From NCBI RefSeq assembly GCF_009914755.1, contig NC_060926.1: a DNA stretch of 64,000 bases; one strand, given 5' to 3'. A model generated the notes under the pieces. The model was given only the letters and a program-made list of their open reading frames with translations. It searched no databases and was not told the origin of the DNA. The DNA comes from the human T2T-CHM13v2.0 reference genome, Homo sapiens. This document shows positions 56,043 to 64,000 of the stretch, in pieces (positions within the stretch are counted from its first letter, which is position 1; every line of letters begins with the position of its first letter). The position numbers and the translations under genes are program-made.

Positions 56043-56755
56043 AGAAATTAATAATGTCTACCATTTATGTTATCTATATATTTGTTTCCCAACTTGTTAT
56101 TTGACATTTGGCTTTACCTGTGTTTTTTAGGGTAGATTTAAAGAACAAAGTCCAGTTTGTTCTGTTATGATATAAGGTCTTTATACTGTAAAGAGATAGA
56201 AATTTTTGAAAATACATTTATATTTTAGAATTAATGGAACCATTTTAATTTCAGCCAACATACTGATACTTTTTAATTGTTTCTTTGTGTCTTGAAAAGA
56301 ATATGCAAATATTTGTATTCTGGGTATAAAGTTCAATACATACATTTCTAATATATATATATATTTACAGGTATAAACACAAAAATAAATATTAGATATT
56401 CTTCATTTGTTAAATGTCTTAAGGTCACAAAAATCATGACTTATTTTTATTTGTTTGATTTATCACAGACTAAAGAAGATGAGTTAAATAGTCAACTACA
56501 GATGTAATTCTTTCTGAATTTTTCTTCCATTTTGTATAGAAATTGTTTTATGAATTGTGTTAATATTTATTGTATTGCTGAAAAGTATTTATGTCTAAGC
56601 TTTTCAATTGGATGTGCCTAATTTATTGATAAATTCTTCTTGTTGTCTTCTGTAATGGTATATACTTTTTGTTCAAATATGTGTAACCATTTTAATAGTT
56701 TAACTTCATCTGCTCTCTTAAATTGTATTTACTCTTTTAAATTTTCTAAATTTTT

Positions 56756-56813
56756 TAGATTCTCTAGTTACATGAAATATATGGTAGATTCTCTAGTTAC
56801 ATGAAATATATGG
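56756..56813 (+). repeat. Perfect 29-bp tandem duplication
   Basis: (tagattctctagttacatgaaatatatgg) x2. Confidence 0.95.
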
Positions 56814-58446
56814 CTGAATGTTTGATTCATAATCAGATTTTTTATTTCTTCTTAATAAGTTTATCTCATTTTCATTTTTGATATAAAATGCATTATTTTA
56901 TCATGTTTTTGAATGTTATGCTTTGTTTTCTTAATTAATTCTATTTATTCTTGACTACATATTCTGTCATTTTTGTTTGTTTTTAAAAATGTTCTTTGCT
57001 TATTTGTTTTGCCTTCCAGTTATTTATAGGTTTTCTGTTTTATTGGCTACGTTATTTTTACATTACCAACTTTGATAATACTTACTGATTCTAGCTCACT
57101 AGATTTGTAAAAATATGTTAAACTTATTTTAAGAATTTACTCTAAAATACAATTTTCAATTTTGGTTTTCATATCATTTTTCTTATTTATAAAGTTTATC
57201 CTACTCTTAGTGAGCTGAATATTTTTTATACATTATCTTTAAATAGTATCAGTTAAGCCCATCTATGAAAGACAGGGCTATCTACATGTTTCCTTGCCAA
57301 TCTTTTCACTGTCTCCCCCTCATTGTCCTTGTCTATTACATTTTTATTTTTATATTATAATAGCTTATGGTATGTACTTCAAGTGTCGGAATATTAGTTC
57401 TAGTATTAAATGAATTCAGTGTTTACTACTAAGCTTTTAATTTTGTTTCCTTCTTTAATTTATAGGCTGGTGAAGCTGATTCTATGTTAATTTTTTACAT
57501 TTATGACAGAGTTATGAGAATTATGTCCTCTGTAAGTACTGGCATGTTTGAAAATATTTGCTTATTTCCTTTTATAAATGAATGACAGTTTAGCTACTTT
57601 GTACAACACTTGAATCCCACTTCTTCTCTTGAAAGATTTGAAGACACGAAACTATCCATATGTTAAATATTTTTGTAGTAGTTTGAAACCAATTGAATTG
57701 TTTTACTCCTTATAATTTTTTTTTTATAAGAAGGAGTAGGAGTTCTAGAGTAGGAGTTCTAGAAACGTTTATAATTGTCAACTTTTAAACTCTTTGGTAA
57801 CACATCAGTATTAACGGATCCCTGTCACTTTTTATGTAATAAATTCTTCCTTTAAATTCTAGGCTCAAGTTTCTTTTAATATTCATGTAGCTTACTTAAA
57901 CTACATTTTGGAAAACATTTCTCTTTTATTTATTCTATTGTTTATGACATTTATTAAAGTATTTCATTTTTTCTTTCTGTACATTTTATTTCTCACTAAT
58001 TATTTTTGTTTTATGTTCTACATGATTTCTATGAAAAATGTGCAAGCCAAAGATTTTAAATTTCATATAATTCTTTTAAAATTGTCATCCACACTTTTTA
58101 TTTTGAAAATATTTTGATTACATTTTCTCTTTGACTACTATGTTTTCATTGTGATATTATATATTTTGTTTCTCATGTATTTTGCTTGTTTTTCCTGCTT
58201 TATTTTGCATAAGCAACATGTTTTGCCCTTTTTAGTATATTCACCCTTGAAATTGAGAGAGTTTTTCTTTATAGTGCATTCATTTGATGATGGATATTAT
58301 GAGATAGTGACCAAAGGGATGTATATTAGTTGTAGTAAGTTAAGATTTAGTCTATTGTCACACTTGGAATTATTTAAAGACTCTATTTTTTTCATGTAAC
58401 ATAAATTTAGTGGACGAGTACTAGAAAGATTAAAACTATAAGATAC

Positions 58447-59144
58447 TCTCACTTATAAAGTGAAAAAATACAGTATTTCATTTTATTTTCCCATGTTTAT
58501 TTGCTAAAGATAATGCCCTCTAGCTCCATCCATGTCCCTGCAAAAGACATGATCTTGTTCCTTTTTGTGGCTGTATTGTATTCCATGGTATATATATATG
58601 TATTACATTTTCTTTTTCCAGTCTATTATTGATGGGCATTTAGGTTGATTCCATGACTTTGCCATTGTGAATAGTGCTGAAATGAACATATACATGCATG
58701 AGTCTTTAGAACAGAATGATTTATAGTTCCTTGGTTATATAACCAATAATGGGATTGCTGGGTTGAATAGTATTTCTGTCTTTAGGTATTTGAAGAATCG
58801 CCGCACTGTCTTCCACAATGGTTGAACTAATTTACACTCCCACCAATAGTATATAAGCATTCCTTTTTCTCCACAACCTCACCAGCATCTGTTGTTGTTG
58901 TTCTTTTTAATAAGTGAGATTTAAATAATAAGAACACATGGACATATAGAGGGGAACAGCATACACTGGGGCCTATCGAAGGGTGGAGGGTGGGAAGAGG
59001 GAGAAGATCAGAAAAAAAATAACTAACGGGAACAAGGGTTAATACCTGGGTGACAAAATAATCTGTACAACAAACCCCCATGACACAAGTTTACCTATAT
59101 AACAAACCTGCACACGTGCCCCTGAACTTAAAATAAAAGTTAAA
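58447..59144. mobile_element. 5'-inverted L1 (L1PA13-16-like): minus segment ~58447-58908, plus segment ~58909-59144, 15-bp TSD
   Basis: TSD aaaactataagatac at 58432-58446 and 59145-59159. Confidence 0.92.
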
Positions 59145-59743
59145 AAAACTATAAGATACATTATTTAGAAGACAAAGTTTTTAATTAAGTTACTGATAGC
59201 TTCAACAACAGCAGTGCCTACCATGATGGAAAGAATAGACAAAATACAAAACATATTTTGTTAGTCAGTTTTAAGATGGGCTATTTTAGACTATTCTTGA
59301 AAGATAATAAGAAATACATATTAGAAAAGATAACCTGGAAGTCATAGAAGAGTGACTGGTATAGAGTAGCATTGAGGAAATCAGATGTAGCAAGGTTTGT
59401 ATTTAGTTTTCCAATATGTAAGTCAAACTTTTTGGACAAATCAAATCAAATCAAATCAAAACTAAACTAAGCAAAATAAGGACAGTTTTACAAATAAGAA
59501 ATGTATACATCTTGTTGTTCCTTAAACTTCGTTATAAATGTTCCAGTAAAGTAAATGTGTGTAGGTAAAGTAAAATTTTTGATGAACAATGGAAAATCAA
59601 CATTTAAAACATTCCTGAACCACATTAATACTGAGAAGTAAAATTATCTACCCAAATTTATATACAAACTTGTGCTTGCATTTTAGGAAATGCTAAATAA
59701 TTTTAAACAAGAATTCAGTAATTATTCAAATACATATATATAA

Positions 59744-59776
<33 letters not shown>

Positions 59777-59787
59777 ATATATATATA
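59744..59787. repeat. (TG)n(TA)n compound microsatellite
   Basis: Read directly. Confidence 0.9.
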
Positions 59788-61008
59788 AAATGTATGTATA
59801 GATTCTGTACAGACAGCAATGCCTAAAATAATTGGTAAGGATAGTCTACCAAATAACTGGCATATTAAAAGTTTCTAATCCAAATATGATTTTATATTTA
59901 TTTAGAATCAATGCATTAATTGAAACAAAAGGAACACGCAAATTGTAAGGAGTGAAATTATTTTAAAAATTTTAAAACAAATATATTCCTGGATTGATCA
60001 GAAAAGCCTATGAGATGGACACAGGGAACTTTTGTTTTTCTGGGATGTGCACACAAAAATTTATCAATATAAAATAAATTTAAATTTGACTGGTAAGATA
60101 TATTGCATGACAGAACCCTTTTCTATATAAGCATCAAAAGAAAAGCTGAAAAGTAAAACTGTACTGTGGATTCCTTTGCTTTTGGGTGTAAAACTACTTA
60201 CAGTTACATCGTTCCAAATTTATTGTGTAGTCAGAGTAAAACTGCTTATTGAAATGAATTAATTTGTTATTGATTAGTATCATATATCTCGTGATTCCTT
60301 TGTCCTCAAAATTTACTACTAGAAAATGAATAATTTTTTTTCTCTGTTGGATTTTCTTCTAACAGTTTTAAAAAATACAGAATATTTTGGCTAAACACAT
60401 GGACCTCCTCCCACAGTCTCCAATACAATGAATATGAAACATGACAGTTTGTTAATTTGCACACTTTGTACAGTGTGATAGCTGGTATTAATATGATAAA
60501 TTTCTAAATAGTTGCTTTCACTGAAATTACTCTAAGGGTTTCCATAACCTTTCTGAACTCAGAACTGGAAGCAGAAAATTTATAAAGCTATGCTATGACA
60601 CATTTTCTATCTGAGTAAAGCAGTTAGAAAATATTATCATTGTAAATCAGTTTATTTTTACTACATGATTTTAGATATTTAGACCATCGCTATGATTAAT
60701 TCTAAATTTTAAAATCATCAATGATATTATGCAAATTATCTTGTGTGTACAAACATCACATCCTACATTCTCTTACTATAGTTCCTAATGTAAATTAAAC
60801 AAAAAGGAAGAAATAAACTTCTGAAGCATTTGGTAGCCATAATCATATGGAGAATGTCTAGAAACAAAGAGTCTCTCATTTGGATGCACAAAAAATGTAC
60901 TGTGGTTTATTTATATCAAAAACATGAAAACCTATTTCTATATAGAGGTTTGAGGAAATACTGAAAAAATGTAAAGTGATGGAATTCAATCCTTAATATA
61001 AATCTTTT

Positions 61009-61157
61009 AATTATTATTATTATTATTATTATTATACTTTAAGTTTTAGGGTATATGTGCACGATGTGCAGGTTTGTTACATATGTATACATGTGCCATG
61101 TTGGTGTGCTGCGCCCATTAATTTGTCATTTAGTATTAGGTATATCTCCTAATGCTA
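61009..61157 (-). mobile_element. Short L1PA (PA4/5-like) 3' end with (TTA)n tail
   Basis: ttatactttaagttttagggtatatgtgcac...ggtatatctcctaatgcta. Confidence 0.9.
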
Positions 61158-61713
61158 CGTTATAGCAAACATATCTATCTACCTTCATCTATTTCCCTGT
61201 TTTTAAAAAGATGAAATTGAGAGTTATTGACTAATAATTTAATCAATTTTTTTCATGTCTTTCATTATAAACATTTTCTCAGAAGATGCGGGTTTTTGTG
61301 CATAGATACAACATTTAATAATGAAAATTTGGGAGCGTTAGCCTTAAATAACCCTGGAAATGATCTCCAGGATTTTGGTGGCTTTGGCAAACTCTAAAAA
61401 ATCCACTGAAGCGTACCAGGATATTCTCCATACTGAAGAGACATAACTTAGAGAAATATATCTATGAGGAAAAAAATGCATATGCCTTTTGTGAAAGGAA
61501 TAAGTATTGTTGTGACTTATTGTGGATCCTCACAAATATGGTTAGTATAGCCTCACAATTTTAAGGCAGTAGAGATAGATTAGAAACTAGGAATTTACCC
61601 ACAAAGAGCCTCTATTTGGAAGCTTTTAGATTTTTGTGATTTTCTCTAATTTTCCTTAATCCCAACGTGAAAATAAGTTATGTACAGTATTTAGCCTTCT
61701 GAAGTAATATTAT

Positions 61714-62507
61714 TGAGACAGAGAAAGGAAGAAACCAACCAGGCAGGCAGTTAGAGTGAATCCTCCGTACAACTCCTTCAAACCAAGAGCAGCCTGCAAA
61801 TCAGTCTGCAGGTCCCAGATAGGAAAGATCCAACATCAGCAAAACTCCTTCAAACTAAGAACAGCCTAAAAATCTAGCTGCAGCCTCCAGATAAGAAAAA
61901 GCCAGCATCCTTGAATAGAAATGTCTTCTCTGTGAATCTAGATAAACAAATTTCCCTCCTTTTTTGGGCACATTTCTCTTTCCTTGGTGTGCCTTTGTCT
62001 CATTTAACAAGCTTCTTCCTGATCGGTCCTTAACTTTCACCTATTTTACATATACCTATCTTTCTGTAATTAGTACCAGGCCAAGATCCCGTGTCAAGCT
62101 TCTACTTCAGGCTCTGATTGGTTCTGGGCCAAGGTTCCAGGCCAAGGTCTCAGGCCAAGCTTTCACCTCAGCCCCGATTGGTCCTTTACACTATTTTTCC
62201 TCTTTCTGGATGGTACTTTTTCCAGGACTATCCATAAACTAATCAGCACTCACTTTCTCATTTCAAGTCCATAAAAAACCCTAGACTCAGCCTCATAGAC
62301 GTCAATGCTATTTTGGGTCCCCTCTTCCTGTTGAGAGCTTTTCTGTCACTAAATAAATATGACTCTGCCTTACTCACTCTCTGATGTCTGTGTGCCTTAT
62401 TTTTCTTGGTCAGGGGACAAGAACCCAGAGCTTGCAGGTGGTTGGAGTAAAAGAGCTCTAATACTGCCTCCCACTCACCAAACAACAGGAGTGAAAAAGC
62501 TGCAACA
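61714..62507 (+). mobile_element. ERV1 solo LTR (MER61-like)
   Basis: TG...CA ends, aaaggaagaaaccaaccaggcaggcagttag start, AATAAA at ~62352; family call tentative. Confidence 0.7.
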
Positions 62508-63327
62508 CTATGATGACCTGGTGGTCAGAGAATCATTCACACCACTGGCATGAACATAAAAGAACTATGCCATGTTGAGGAGTTTCTGACAGGATAAAGG
62601 GAGCACCATTCTTTGGCATAGCTGGAAGTGACAGAGATGGGCACAACTAGGCCATGGAGCAAGTAAAGTGGAAGTCCCAGGAAACCAGATGATTAAAATT
62701 TATCTGTTTCTAAGAAAAAGTTGACCTTATAAAGAACTTGGGTAAGGGACATAGGGTGAAAGCCAATGTTTCTAAGTAACATTAATAAAGAAAGATATCT
62801 TGAGAGCCTATGTTGTGGGAGATCTTTAAATGTAATTAGATACTATAATGGAGAGAATACAGAAAAAAATAGTTTATCTCGCATTTTATTAACATGAGAC
62901 TATTAGTTGTTATTTTCTTGTTTTACCAGCATAATATGATTAATATTTATGTTCACATCTTGGAATCATTAGAATATCATGAAGTGGTTTTGGCATAATG
63001 CAAGAGAAATTAAATCATCTTCAGCATCATTCTACTGTATAATCAATTTCTATTGTTTTGCAGAAAGTAATTAATAAATGCATATTATTATCATTTGTTA
63101 CTCAGAATTTTTGTTTAAGTTGATTACAGTATATTCTAATTATGTGTTGTTTATAATCAAGGTTCTGTAAACAAGAGTTCGAACACATAAAATTTGAACA
63201 CATTATGTAAATCATACTAACCATAATTGTCATTGCAGAGTTTTCTGCAGAACAGCCAATTTGGTGAAAAATTAGATAAAGAAAGTAATTATTTTTAATT
63301 ACCTATTTAATGAGCCCAGTATTTTAC

Positions 63328-63516
63328 TGTGAGGGCACAGAAAGAAGGCAACTGTCTGCAAACCAAGAAAAGAGCCCTCGACACACACAGAATCTTCTAG
63401 CATCATGATCTTGGACTTCCCAGCCTCCAGAACTGTGAAAAATAAGTGGTAAGTGTGTATTGGTAAGTGACCCAGTCTGTGATATTTTGTTATAGCAGTT
63501 TGAACAGAGTAATACA
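63328..63516 (+). mobile_element. MLT1A/MST-like LTR 3' half
   Basis: gatcttggacttcccagcctccagaactgtga...ttttgttatagcag...taataca. Confidence 0.8.
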
Positions 63517-64000
63517 TCCATCATTGATTTTTGCCCCATTTCAGATATCAACACGTAAGAAAAGTCAAATAACGTAATAATTGTTTTGAAAATCGTTTTA
63601 TCCTTTACATCCACTGAAAGCATCCGAGAGAGTTTTGGGAGTCCAGAATTTACTCACGAATGAGTACATGTGTATAATGGGAAGAAAAACAAAATAGTTA
63701 ATTGTGTTTTCTAAGTTATCCAATCAAGCAAATGTAACACTCACATGTGTTCACTGTATATTTGGTGATATTCTGAAGAGGTGATTTAAAAATTAGTGTC
63801 CATAAATTAAAGAGTGATGTATAGTATTTCACATTTCCAAGTGTAGGGAGAAAAAAGCCAGTTTTTACTCAATGCAGTATAGTTATCATCATTAAAATTG
63901 AAAGGCTGTTTTTGCCAATGAAATATTTCTTTGCACTTACTGAAATTCACATTTATTTTTACTCAGTGCCATGAAGGTTGGAGTTGAAATATATCTTTCC

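Noticed and set aside
57908-58399. Phe/Leu/Ile-rich ORFs resembling membrane proteins (also 50587-51442)
   Set aside because: Artefact of T-rich antisense decayed L1-like sequence.

Overview
AT-rich, CpG-poor primate (human-like) genomic DNA with no protein-coding exon, RNA gene or prokaryotic system that I can support. Much of the window is interspersed repeat: L1 from old L1M/HAL1-like to a young L1PA2-like copy, Alu/FLAM/FRAM, MaLR LTRs (THE1, MST, MLT1), a solo HERV-K(HML-2) LTR5, MER66 and MER61-like ERV1 LTRs, Tigger1, Tigger3, MADE1, L2 and MIR. The ORF track is nearly all repeat-derived or low-complexity. Subfamily names come from my recall of consensus sequences, not from a search. 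Most notable: (1) a ~336-bp AT-rich inverted duplication at 49787-50122 with 74-bp perfect inner arms and a nested 30-bp perfect palindrome; (2) a young L1 reduced to its full 5'UTR promoter (open antisense ORF0) and joined, apparently by deletion, in frame to Tigger1 transposase sequence at 33072-34302; (3) a 28-bp 4/6/8/10 ladder minisatellite at ~24075; (4) a twin-primed inverted L1 with a 15-bp TSD at 58432-59159. I found no convincing new biological system; these are structural leads.
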